This document shows positions 1 to 10,892 of a DNA stretch of 64,000 bases, in pieces. The notes beneath the pieces were generated by a model, which did not search any database, was not told the DNA's origin, and saw nothing but the letters and a program-made list of their open reading frames with translations. The position numbers and the translations under genes are program-made. Source of the DNA: Lama guanicoe (Eukaryota); contig MU056000.1 in NCBI GenBank assembly GCA_013239625.1, positions 12,165,175 through 12,229,174 of the forward strand, given 5' to 3'. How positions within the stretch are numbered: the stretch's first letter is position 1; every line of letters starts with the position of its first letter.

Positions 1-74
1 TTTGTTCCCATAAACATGAATCAGCCCAGCTGGACACCCCTGGGACTGTTAACAATTCTCCAACAGTGTATTAC

Positions 75-141
75 CTTCTCAATCAAGTCCAGGCATTCTC
101 CATTGTCAATCCAGTCAATATCTTCCCACACTAAGCCTTCT
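75..141 (-). CDS. MYO10: MYO10 exon 14 (67 nt): (R)EGLVWEDIDWIDNGECLDLIEK
   Basis: Acceptor atctttctacag|A, donor AAG|gtaata; EG..W..I...DN..CLDLIE motif. Confidence 0.97.
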
Positions 142-226
142 CTGTAGAAAGATTTAAAAAAGGCCAAATTGCAGTAAAATATAGCTTTAAAATTATCCAA
201 TTTAGTGGTTGGTTAAAAAAAATTAA

Positions 227-310
227 TTTTTTTAATGGAGGTGCTGGGGATTGAACCCAAAACCTCGTGCATGCTAAGCATGCTCCCTACCACTGAGCTA
301 TACCCACCCC
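227..310 (-). mobile_element. tRNA-Ala-derived SINE (camelid Vic-1-like) in intron 13
   Basis: Minus strand GGGGTGGGTATAGCTCAGTGGTAG...GCTTAGCATGC...GGGTTCAATCCCCAGCACCTCC plus A7 tail; A and B boxes present. Confidence 0.85.
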
Positions 311-350
311 TCTAAAAAATTTTTGGAAATGCAATTCGGTAAGTACTTAC

Positions 351-451
351 CTGTTATATTCCAGTTGTTCTAAAGAAAAAATATGCTTGTTGAAATATTC
401 CTGAAGTTTCTCATTTGCATAGTTTATATTGAACTGCTCAAAGTGATTAAC
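351..451 (-). CDS. MYO10: MYO10 exon 13 (101 nt): [33 protein letters not shown](R); relay helix
   Basis: Acceptor tttccccacttag|GTT, donor AG|gtaagt; [12 protein letters not shown] motif. Confidence 0.97.
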
Positions 452-601
452 CTAAGTGGGGAAACCATCCAACAAATATCGTTAGTACCCTCATTATTTC
501 ATCTAAAGGTCAAGAAAAGGCGTCAAAAAATCTGCAGAGAAAAATATCAATATTTATTTAAAGAGATTTGTTTAAGATTCCCCCACTCTTCAGAAGCATA
601 C

Positions 602-748
602 CTCAAAGTTTTCGAATCCGAAGATGTCGAGGATGCCGATAGACTTGAAGTCATCCTTGCCCTTGATCCTACTGTTGATCTTCTTGATCACCCACTCGAA
701 GCAGCGGGCGTAAAGAGCCATGGCCAAGGAGTCTCTGCTGTCCACCGC
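602..748 (-). CDS. MYO10: MYO10 exon 12 (147 nt): AVDSRDSLAMALYARCFEWVIKKINSRIKGKDDFKSIGILDIFGFENFE; switch II
   Basis: Acceptor ccactccccgcag|GCG, donor GAG|gtatgc; IGILDIFGFE motif. Confidence 0.98.
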
Positions 749-1474
749 CTGCGGGGAGTGGACCCCAGGTCACGGCTCCCAGATGGCCACTCTCAGCCCA
801 GGCGGGAAGCCCAGCCCTGCCCCGCCCGCCCAGGAGACACGCCTGCTTGACAGCCGCGCGCCCGATGTTCAGTCAATCAACGCCATCCAGGAAAACCCAG
901 CTGTCTCAAGAAAGGGTGACCTGGAGCTTGCTTACTGACCTCTCAGCAGGGTTCACCAAGAGTCCCTCTAAGTGTCAGGCTTTCAAATTCAGCTTTACAT
1001 CTTGAGTTACAAGAAAGAATCTGAACCACTACACACAGCTACAAATTCTATCAGGTTGAAAACAGTAATTAAGACCTGACCCTGCTCCTTATCTTCCTCT
1101 CATAGACTACTTTGTACACATGGAAGTTTTCTTCAGGGTATGGTTAGCAATTTTACTTATCCAGCCAAGAAACACTAGATGGGCTAGCACATATAACCGG
1201 CTCAAGGCAGCAGTAGAGGCAAAAATAAGAAAAACAACACACTGTAGCGTTGCTTTCATTCAGAATAATTACCAAATAGCTAATTCTTATTTAATCCTTA
1301 CTCTGCATCCATCATTAAGTACTTAGTACATTTTTTTTCCGAAATTGTAATTGGGTAATAAAAGTAAGTAACTCTTCAGTTAGAGTGCAAAATGAAAGCA
1401 CCTTATTTTAAAGATGGGAGAGCAAGAACGCCCATTCTTTTTATCATCATCCTTATAAGAATCCAATGAATTAG

Positions 1475-1610
1475 GCATGCTAATTATCCTTCTCTTACAG
1501 AGGAGGAAACTGAGATACAGTAAATAAATTTCCCAAGAAATATGCATACAGTAAGTGGAAGGGTCAGGACTCAGACTCAGGGGAATCTCCATCAGATCCA
1601 ATCCTCTTAC
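1475..1610 (-). mobile_element. MIR SINE fragment
   Basis: Core ttacagaggaggaaactgagatacag...cagtaagtggaagggtcagga. Confidence 0.65.
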
Positions 1611-1806
1611 AGACTCTGCTCCATCGTCCCTAAGAAGACCACAGAACAGCTCTGTCTGTTCCCCTCAATGTGCATCTCTTCTTTATTTTCACCATGAACC
1701 ACTCATCCGAATGGTTCACTGTAGTTACTTATTCGAATCAAAGCCCCAGATCGGCAGATTCAGGAGTGTTTTTAATAGTCACTCTGAGGGCCACACACGT
1801 GCGCAC

Positions 1807-1925
1807 CTGCTGAACGTTGAGAGGCGTCAGGATCTCCTCCCCGCGGAGGAACATAGATCTCTGGGTCAAGGCATCCGTGAGCTGTGCCGGGTCCAGCCCA
1901 AGTAACTCTGCAGACCTGCCCAAGG
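1807..1925 (-). CDS. MYO10: MYO10 exon 11 (119 nt): (A)LGRSAELLGLDPAQLTDALTQRSMFLRGEEILTPLNVQQ
   Basis: Acceptor ccttccttcccag|CC, donor CAG|gtgcgc; frame continuous with neighbours. Confidence 0.97.
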
Positions 1926-2139
1926 CTGGGAAGGAAGGACAAAGCTGAAGTGAACACACAGCCGTGGGACCCCGAACGGGTGCAAAGCCAACTTCACACA
2001 GCGACACGGTCAAGCAGAGGAAATTCCGAAGTCCTGCAGGCAGGATTTCCAGGACATATTCTCTACTGGTAGGTTATTCACTCCCCTAACGAGTCTTAGA
2101 GAATCTGGTGCTGGGACCAAATAAGGTCCAGAGACCCCA

Positions 2140-2560
2140 AAGCAGGGTCCCCAGGACCCTGTCAGAAGTCTGCAGAGTCATAACTACTTTCAATAGTAAG
2201 ACTAAGATGCTATCTGCATTTTGACTCTCATTCCCTCACCATATACTGAAGTTTCCCAGGGGCTATATGATGTGACGTAGCTCAACACATCGAAGGCAGA
2301 AGCAGCAGAACCCAGCTGCTCAGTTACAGCAGACATTTTAAAAATTCACAAAAATGAAAGACAATGTCACTCTTCTCACTGATTTTTTGATTATGTTTTG
2401 AAAGACAGTCTTTTAAATAAATAATGACATTTTAATATAGGCAATGGGTTTATTATGATTATTTTAAAGTGAATTTGTTTTTTTTAACTACCTCAGTTTT
2501 AATGTCTACTGCAGTAACCATCAACAGATATGACCCACAGGAACAAAAGCTCTGTGATCA
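2140..2560. mobile_element. hAT-Charlie-type DNA transposon remnant (MER119-like, subfamily uncertain)
   Basis: gggtccccaggaccct...actaagatgctat...caatgtcactcttctcact...aatgggtttattat...aacaaaagctct resembles the recalled consensus. Confidence 0.55.
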
Positions 2561-3258
2561 TAAGATTCAGAGGCGCTATGGCCAAATGTCCCAGAACTTC
2601 TGGTGTCAGCCCCAGGCTCCTCGAGGGCTACCCTGACCTTCAGCTCATCCAGTTCCCAGCCTCCACACCCTCATCCGTTGCTTCCATCAGAAATACTTAA
2701 AAAATAAATCACTCCAGGAAAATGACAACTGACACTGTTCTGTGGATATTAACTCAACCTTGACGATCCATCTCTGGGGCACTCTACAGATGAGAAGTCA
2801 CTCGTGTTGAGAGGTGAGCTGTAACCCAAGGAGACAGCTTGTGGCAGAGACAGGCTACAAACCAATTAATCTAGCTTGGAAGCTAACAGACTTAACCCTT
2901 CCCCTACGCTGGCATTCACTAACCATGAATGACTATGGCAGCACTACATATCTGACTCTCAACGTTCATCCTCCAATTCTCATCACTCGTTATCTCCTCT
3001 TATTCGGCCCATTTTCCTTCTCAGTGAAAATGAAGACACAGCCCCCATCCCACTCAGTAATCACTTGTCATGATGCTCTGACCCTTCACGAGCTGACAGT
3101 TCACATCAGATACAGAGTTCTGGAGCTGTTATTCCAGGGGTCAAAAAATTCTCCTGTTAAAGGCCAGACAATAAACATTTTAGATCTAGGAGGCAAACAT
3201 TTAGATCCTAGGAGGCAAAAGCCAAGGAAGTAAAGGAGGGAGGGAGGCGTAATCTCAC

Positions 3259-3388
3259 CCGTTTTGAAGGAAACTTGAGCCCCACCGGCAGTGATGAATT
3301 CTATGTTCCCAAGGTGTAATATACCAGCAAGCAACCGCAGAACTTCCCGGACCTCCTCCTTGCTAAACTGCATTACCTCCATCGCCGT
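3259..3388 (-). CDS. MYO10: MYO10 exon 10 (130 nt): TAMEVMQFSKEEVREVLRLLAGILHLGNIEFITAGGAQVSFKT(A)
   Basis: Acceptor attttcttctag|ACG, donor G|gtgaga; ILHLGN motif. Confidence 0.97.
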
Positions 3389-4124
3389 CTAGAAGAAAAT
3401 AAGTACTTGATTTTTAATTTTTTTTCATACTAAAGGAAATGAAAAATGCTCATTACTCAATACAGTTATAAAGAATTACTCTAAAGGCAAGAATGCAAGA
3501 AACAGATGCGTGCCCACTCACTTCTGAGTGACAAAGACCTCACACAGGTACACAAAAGAGCGGAATATTAAGAAAGAACTGCAGAATACTGAGCGAGAAC
3601 CCAATCAATGTAATAATAAATACCTGCCTTATGTACAAGACTCCTCCTCATGCCGCAGAAGAATGACCTCAGAGTCACAGTAATGATGGTGACAAAGAAA
3701 TACTGTTTCTACATGTATCGAAATGTAATGGAACATTTATCATTTCCTTACACGTAAAGAATGGGGAGGGACATGTCCTGAGATTTTTTTCCATGTATAC
3801 TCTGGGGACTTGTCCTCATGGTTAAACGCAGCAGGGACTCCAGTAGGAGGAATGAAACTCCCCATCAGGGGCTGTATAGATAGGAGAGGCTTCTGCTCCT
3901 TTTATGAGAGAGGACCACGGAGCATCTGAATGGATCTGCATCTGTCTCCCCTAGGTGGTCATCACATCTCTGCTTTCCATTTCTCCAAAGGATTTCTGAG
4001 GTCTTATTTTAGTCTCTGGATACAAAATGAAAGGTAACGTAATGCTTATTTGGGGAAAATTAAAATCAACAGGCACCTACAGCAAGTATCTAAACTGAAG
4101 CCAGGCATCTTGCGAATCAGATCC

Positions 4125-4500
4125 TGTATGATTTCATTTACAGGAAATTCTAGAAAAGACAAGTCTACACTCTAGTGACTCAAGGCAGATCTGTGGTTTC
4201 CCAGGGCTGGGGTGGTGGCTGGGAGTGTCTACGAAGAGGGGCAAGAAACTTTTAGGGTATATAACTGTCCTTTAGTTTGACTATGGTTGTGGGTACATGG
4301 GTGTGTAAATTCAAAATTCACTTTATATACTTTATATGGGAGCATTTTATTATATGGACATTATAACTCAATCAAGTTCGCTGCAAGAAATAAAAAGACC
4401 ATGAATTATTTCATCAAGGGAGAGAAGACTATCATTTCATGGGTACAAACGGAAATGCAAAGAATAAGAACTATTAGTCGAGTGCTTATCAATTTAAAAA
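4125..4500 (+). repeat. Direct repeat, copy 1 (copy 2 at 5766-6147)
   Basis: Alignable end to end by eye; 4267-4336 is identical to 5910-5979 over 70 nt. Confidence 0.95.
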
Positions 4501-4506
4501 CACACT

Positions 4507-4530
4507 ACACACACACACACACACACACAC
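4507..4530 (+). repeat. (AC)12 microsatellite
   Basis: Perfect run just after the end of duplication copy 1. Confidence 0.95.
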
Positions 4531-5644
4531 AACTGAGGATGGAATTGCTGGCGATACTGATGAAGATAACCTACAAAGAGATCTGGGACCCATCACACTA
4601 CAAGGACCACAGGAGCCAGGGAAGGAGGAAGCCTCACAGAACTCTGAGGCACAGAAACTGCAAAAAGGAAACAACTGCAGGTTTTAAAATGTGAAAAGTT
4701 TAATTTCTTTACAAGGGGAAAAAAAAAAACAGTAAAGCCAGAAACAAAGGGCAAAAATAATAGACAGGGAAGCAGAATTAAAAAATGGCAAGGCAAGGGG
4801 CCATGGCTATATTAAGAGACATTTGAGTGACAAAAACAAAGTAGGCACTTCTTGTGAGAGGAAACGCAAACCCAGAGAGAAATGTTTTCCTTCCTGGAAA
4901 TCAAACATGCGCAAATTAAAGAAAATGAGATACCTTCTATCAAGCTAGCAAAAATTTTCTGAATGATAAACCTAAAATGGGTGAAACTGGGGTATTTATG
5001 CTCTGGTCACTGGTACTATAAATTAGTGTAATCTTTCTGGAAAACAAGACTGTGGGGCAGCAGTGTGCCAGGCCACCCAGGTACATAACCTTACAGCCTT
5101 CAGAGAGGCTAAGTAACTTTCTCAGCGTTAACACAACCAAGATTCAAAGTCAGGCCCGACGAACCCAAAGTCTGGGAACTTATTACCCACCTACCTCTGT
5201 GACTTTCTAAGGACACAGACACACACACACACAAAACCAATCTTCTACACAATCTCCCTTAACTTCTATGCTGGAAACTTGTTTCAAGGAAGAGCTCAAA
5301 GGGCCACAAAGTTTTGTAAAATATTCACTCCAGTGTTATCTTAACACTTTCAGAGAAAAAATTCTTGCTATCCTATAGACAAGTCAAATATAGTAAATCA
5401 ACTTGTTAGAATAGTGTGTAGTTTTTAAAGGAAATTACGAACATCATATAGAAACGACTGCATTTCTGACAGCTTTAAGTAAAAAATTATATTTTTGTAA
5501 CTCATTTTTCAGGAAAATCAGGCCGGGAAGAAAATTTACAGAACTGAATAGAGCTGCAATGTTAGTGCCGAGAGGCCAATGAACACTACATTCTGTCACG
5601 TCTTTTAATGTTGTTGACATATTTCTACTACAACAGATGAGACT

Positions 5645-6025
5645 ATTACTGGGAGAATGGATAAATAAATTGTTGTCTATTCAATGGAATTCTACTCTCC
5701 ATAAAAATAAATGTGTGTTATGTGCGGTTTGTATGAAAGGAAGCTAGACGCAGGAGAATAGATTTTGTATGATTTCATTTACAGGAAATTCTAGAAAAGA
5801 CAAATCTACACTGTAGGGGCTGAAGGCAGATCAGTGGTTTCCCAGGGGTAGGGGTAGGGGGCTGGGCTTGTCTAGGAAGGGGGACAAGAAACTTTCAGGG
5901 TGTGTAACCGTCCTTTAGTTTGACTATGGTTGTGGGTACATGGGTGTGTAAATTCAAAATTCACTTTATATACTTTATAGGACAGCATCTTATTATATGG
6001 ACATTATAACTCAATCAAGTTGGCT
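5645..6025 (+). mobile_element. Old LINE-1 (L1MC/ME-like) 3' end; its distal part is duplicated at 4125-4385
   Basis: gaatggataaataaattg...tgtatgatttcatttac...ggcagatcagtggtttcccagggg...ttataactcaatcaagt resembles ancient L1M 3' ends. Confidence 0.65.
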
Positions 6026-6147
6026 ACAAGAAATAAAAAGACCATGAATTATTTCATTAAGGGACAGAAGGCTATCATTTCATGGGTACAGACGGAAATG
6101 CTGCAAAGAATAAGAACTATTAGTCAAGTGATTATCAATTTTAAAAA
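5766..6147 (+). repeat. Direct repeat, copy 2 (copy 1 at 4125-4500)
   Basis: Same alignment; the ORF track also shows near-identical peptides (RNKKTMNYFIKG..IISWVQTEM). Confidence 0.95.
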
Positions 6148-7907
6148 GCTTATGGGAAAAAAAGTACTCAAATTTTTTTATTCTAGAAGCAAAGAAATAT
6201 GGCTAAGAAGTACAGAATATTTATTACGCTCAAGACTTTTAAAACAGGGTGAAGGACCAAACCAGACAACAGCAAAATAATTACAAAGCACCTGTGCTGT
6301 ACAAAATTTAGTCTTTTCCCTTTCTATAATTAAAGTTTTCCTTACGTATTCCAAGACTGGTTCAACACTAATTTATAAAAATTTTGTAAGCTCATCTGAG
6401 AATGACCACAGAAACGAACATCTTCACTGTTTCAGTCACCGACCTAGACTTTACAGTAAAGAAATGAGATCTTCAACAAGTAAGTTCACAGGAGCAGAAA
6501 ATTTCAAACTGTCAAGTGAAAAAGATCAAAAGATGCTCCGTGAAAAAATTCTTGGGTAAATTCTGAAAACACAATGACTACATGTGGAGATGTGAAAGCC
6601 AATGAATAAAATGTGCTTACTATATACAAATAGCATGACTTCTTTATGCAAATTCATGATTTCTTCACTCTCAAGTTTACCCCTAAGTGAACTAGTTAAT
6701 TAGTTAGGACTGGGGTGGTAAGTACATTATGAATCACACCATGGGGTAATTTAACGGCTGCAACCAATTTATCACCAGTGTGGGCACTAAAACTGCTACC
6801 AGGAGCCTCCATTCACTGTCTTCTGTCCTATTTACAGTCTTTTTAGTAGCAATCTCCACCGCTTTGGCAAGAGTAGCCACTTTAAGCCTCTTTATAATTA
6901 TCTTATTTTTTTCAACAATACGGCTCAAGACTTAAAAGACTCTGGGAAATTCTCAGCATAGTTCAGAGGGGCTAAGCAGCACTTGGTGATAGCACTTTAG
7001 TTACAAAACTGGCACAGAGTCACACAGAACATTTTCAATCAAGTCTTTATTCAGCACATAAAACCAGTGCAAGCGTGTGCGTAGGGGGTGGGGGAAGAGG
7101 ACAAACAGGTGATACAGGTGATACACTCCCCACCAGGGAGGATGGAAGGAAGTTAAGCTTGTCACACTAGAAACAAACCGAGACGAGGGGCAAATTTAAG
7201 GTACAAAAGGGACCACATTTCAAATGCCAGAAATCTTTCATTTCAATTTAAAAATAAAAGCTAGCAATCACTGAAACTCAGGCCAAGCTCCCAGCATTTC
7301 CCTATAGCTAACAGAAAAAGCAAACAATTCTGAATTGAAAAACTAAGTACCAAGAGGGAAGCAGGGGAAGCCACGGAGTCCCCTCCCCAGCCTCTCCCAG
7401 GACGAGGAAACCCTTGCTGGCCAGGGCGTCCTGGTGGCCAGTGAGCTAAGCATTCTGGGTCTGCAGTGACCCTATGACTTGGATAATTAGAAGTCTGTCA
7501 CCAGAAATAGCCACCTCCTACCACAAAGCATCGTGCATGGAGAAAGCTTGTGTAGTGAGAGAAGTCAAAGACACCAAAATAAAATCGAGAGAGAAAATTG
7601 AAAATATTTCAACATTTCATAAAATCCAGTTTGCAGGGCTAAATCCCATGCCACCTAGAACAGGCGCACAGCCAAAGCAGCTGTCCGCAGCAGGCTTTCT
7701 GTTAACAGGTTGAAGGAAGGAGAGGTGGCGGAGAAACGCTTCTACATTATGAATGCCAGGATGCGACATCTTTAAAAGGAAGGCCGAGGGGAAGATGATC
7801 ATGGTATTACAGCTAATCTCGTTTTAATTTCATTCTCAATTTAAGGGTATATACATGAGATGTGAGGAAATGATGTGTGACATATATCCATTTAAAAATA
7901 TACTTTG

Positions 7908-7953
7908 CAGAAAGAGAAAGAAAAATACCATACAATATCACCTATATGTAGAA

Positions 7954-8019
<66 letters not shown>

Positions 8020-8340
8020 AAAAAAGACAAACGAATGTATTTACAAAACAGAAACAGACACACAGACATAGAAAACAAACTTATGGTTACCAGGCGGGGA
8101 AGAGGGTGGGAAGGGATACACTGGGAGTTTAAGAATTGCAGATACAGCTACTATACATAACATAGATAAACAACAAGTTTATACTGTATAGCACAGGGAG
8201 CTATATTCAATATCTTGTAGTAACTTACGGTGAAAAAGAATATGAAAATGAGTATGTGTATGTTTATGTATGGCTGAAGCATTGTGCTATACACCAGAAA
8301 CTGACACAACATTGTAAATTGACTATACTGCAATAAAAAT
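7908..8340 (+). mobile_element. 5'-truncated LINE-1 3' end (cetartiodactyl/camelid-type 3'UTR)
   Basis: ORF2 tail then the typical 3'UTR (gaaaacaaacttatggttacc...ctgtatagcacaggga...gacacaacattgtaaa...caataaaaa); atatactt on both flanks as a likely TSD. Confidence 0.85.
7957..8025 (+). repeat. Poly(A) tract A29-C-A31-G-A7 inside the L1 3' end
   Basis: Counted directly. Confidence 0.95.
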
Positions 8341-9287
8341 TATATATATATACTTCGATTCCATTCCACAAGGCATCCTTATGAACAATCTAGAAGAGTC
8401 GATAGGGATATGGGACAGAGCTGTCAACAACAACCAGGGAAGACAAATCTGGGTTGCACTGAAAGCAGACACTGCCTGCCTTCTGATTAGAGTCTGGGAT
8501 TTGGAGTTAGACAGTGTTTAGATCTCCAGGTGCTGTGTGTGGCTATGCTGGTTACCAACCTCTCTGAGTCACAGAACACAGACAACCCTAGCTTCTAACC
8601 TCACAGGGTTGTTAGAAGCAGAGAGATGGCAAGTCCGCATGGTAAGCACTCAGTCAGCGTTAGCTACATTTACGATGAGTCAACTCTAGACCCGCTGGTT
8701 CCAACTGTGGAAGTAACGACTCCGGTAATAACTGAGACCACGCTGACGACATCTACCAGGTGGGGCTGTTAATAACGCTCACTGAGCAGGCTTCCTAAAT
8801 GCAGTCACCTCACAACAAAGTTCCCGTGATGTTCAAGAACTGCAGGAGACCACTCGGGTCCATACCTCACAGTCTTAGGATGACAACTGTGCAACCGGAA
8901 CTGGTTCCTATGAGAACAGGATGAGATCCTAGCAGTCACCTCGTCTAACTTTGACAGATTTGTTTTTAACCGTAAAACCAGTTATTCAAAAAGAATTTTA
9001 ACTGTAAGCCTCAAAACAAAGAATCTGCTTGCTCCTGTACCAAGGTCGTGATTTTTGTTTTGTTTTTCTGAACGCCAACCAACCGTCCCTCCTGAATGTC
9101 AGATGTCCACCCATCTTCTAGAGAGAGGTTTCCCTTCCAGTCTGGAACTGTCTTTATCATGACTTCAAACAAGAAGAAAGTATCTGCTCTTGCACAGAGG
9201 TACAAATGTGCTCATTTCCTTTCTTATTAATTTTTTTTGAAACAGAAAATGAAAGCTGTCACTTGTGGGGGGGGTAGTTTCATTCTT

Positions 9288-9460
9288 TTTTCCCCTAAAA
9301 CAACTTTATTGTGGTATCATTTCTTTTAACAATTTTTTTGTGGTATAATTTCTGTACAGTAAACTATACATATTTCAGACATACAATCAGATGAATTTTG
9401 ACAGGTGTATACACCTATGAAACCATGACCACAAACAGGACACCTAACAATTCCATCCCT
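9288..9460 (-). mobile_element. Old LINE-1 3' end fragment, sense to MYO10
   Basis: caactttattgtggtat...tacaatcagatgaattttgacaggtgtatacacc...aacaattccatc is the reverse of an L1MD/ME-like terminus. Confidence 0.6.
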
Positions 9461-9504
9461 TGGGGTGGTCTCTCTTAATAAAGGAAGACAGGAAAGTAAC
9501 TTAC

Positions 9505-9608
9505 AATGACTTCCCTGAAGGATTCCTGGTCATTGATTGTCGTGTCTCCAACACATCCAGATTGATTCAAGTAGTGGTAGTTTTCTGGCACAGATAAATA
9601 AAATTCTT
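9505..9608 (-). CDS. MYO10: MYO10 exon 9 (104 nt): (E)EFYLSVPENYHYLNQSGCVGDTTINDQESFREVI
   Basis: Acceptor ttttccttttgtag|AA, donor ATT|gtaagt; YHYLNQ motif. Confidence 0.96.
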
Positions 9609-10193
9609 CTACAAAAGGAAAAAGAAAAACGTAACATCAGTACTTGACTGGCCAAGACAGAATTCAAAAGAGTTTATTTTTGAAAGTTGCAAAGTGAAAA
9701 GTACAAAAATAATTCTGGGCTCCTAACAGCCCACCGTTCAGATAAAGTTCTGTGTTAAACAACGTCTAGGGAGAAAATAGAATCTAATTAATTAGATGGG
9801 ATGGAAGGAAACAATTACTGAAAAAAGGAATTGCTGAGGGTCCTGTTTTGATTGTCTTCATTAAAAACTCAGATGTTTAGAAATTAGCTTTATCTGGGTG
9901 TGGTTTAAAAGTAATACATTACACAATTTTCACAGGTATCCCTTAAACAGAAAAGAACTAAGATTTTGAAAGAAACAAAAAAATTCAGGATTTCTCTACT
10001 GTCGATTTTCTCTCTACCTTATCTGGCTCTAAAATGAACTTGACATCTTTTGGTTCTTCTGATACATTTCCTGTCAATTGGTGGAGCATCAACAAAGTCC
10101 AAACAGAGGTCTTCTCGTCCATAGATGGTCTTTAAAGGGAAAATGAGTTGCTTCGCTAGCAAGTACGTCTCTGCTGCTGTCCCATCCACTCAC

Positions 10194-10278
10194 CTCTCTC
10201 TGCGTGTTCTAGCCCTGCCAGCAGCGCGTAGAATATGTGATAATTCCTCTCCCCCGGATTTTGCCTTACTACTCGGTT
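10194..10278 (-). CDS. MYO10: MYO10 exon 8 (85 nt): NRVVRQNPGERNYHIFYALLAGLEHAER(E)
   Basis: Acceptor ttgtcttcatag|AAC, donor G|gtgagt; ERNYHIFY motif. Confidence 0.97.
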
Positions 10279-10397
10279 CTATGAAGACAAATCAGATTTC
10301 TGTTCAGAGAAGTTTCCTCTGTTGAATGGACACAAACCAGTAATTGCTGAAAACTGTTACTGTGAAAGACAATGTGAATTCCATCACATTTACTTAC

Positions 10398-10411
10398 TTT
10401 TTCTAATAAAT
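10398..10411 (-). CDS. MYO10: MYO10 exon 7, 14-nt microexon (AT TTA TTA GAA AAA) completing YLLEK
   Basis: atgaag|ATTTATTAGAAAAA|gtaagt; it restores the frame between exons 6 and 8 and supplies the conserved myosin YLLEK motif. Confidence 0.95.
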
Positions 10412-10892
10412 CTTCATGTGAAAAGCAATGGCAAGTCAAGGAGTAAAACAAGGATGCGGGACACTCCATCGGTCTTCAGTTTTGCATTCTTTGTTACCCA
10501 AATAATTACAGTTCCCTGCTTCTTGGACACTGAGACTTCAGTGCCAAAAGATAAACAAAACACAGACTATTTCATCTAAATCCAATTCCAAAAATGACAC
10601 ATAGTGACTTGGAGATATCAAACTCTATTTGACAGAATTGATTTCAAACAACAAATATCTGATGTTGGATGAGGAGCCCAGTTTTTCAAATTCGGGACAT
10701 GATGTCAGAGATTCCCAAAAGACAGATGGTTTCTTATCTCCCAGAATGAGTAACAGGTCCAGCACAGTCATACTGGAGCAGTAACGAGGTAGAACCAGAA
10801 AGAAGTGTTTTGCATTGTCCTCAGGATAAGCAAGACCAGTTTCTAGTTACAGAGTCAAACACTCTAGACAAAAACTAAATGAAACAGGATAC
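10412..10892 (-). other. MYO10: U12-type (minor spliceosome) GT-AG intron 6 of MYO10, 481 nt
   Basis: 5' site GTATCCTG (U12 consensus RTATCCTT); branch-site TCCTTGAC at 10435-10442 (consensus TCCTTRAC); 3' end ...cacatgaag has a purine before AG and no polypyrimidine tract next to it. Confidence 0.88.

Noticed and set aside
383..850. 155-aa plus-strand ORF
   Set aside because: Antisense shadow of exons 12-13; no independent gene signals. Same for 10879-11202 and 21116-21487.
4287..6280. Two similar ORFs suggesting paralogous small genes
   Set aside because: Explained by the non-coding duplication; one runs through an (AC)n tract.
7855..8160. Poly-lysine ORF
   Set aside because: Translation of the poly(A) tract inside an L1 3' end.
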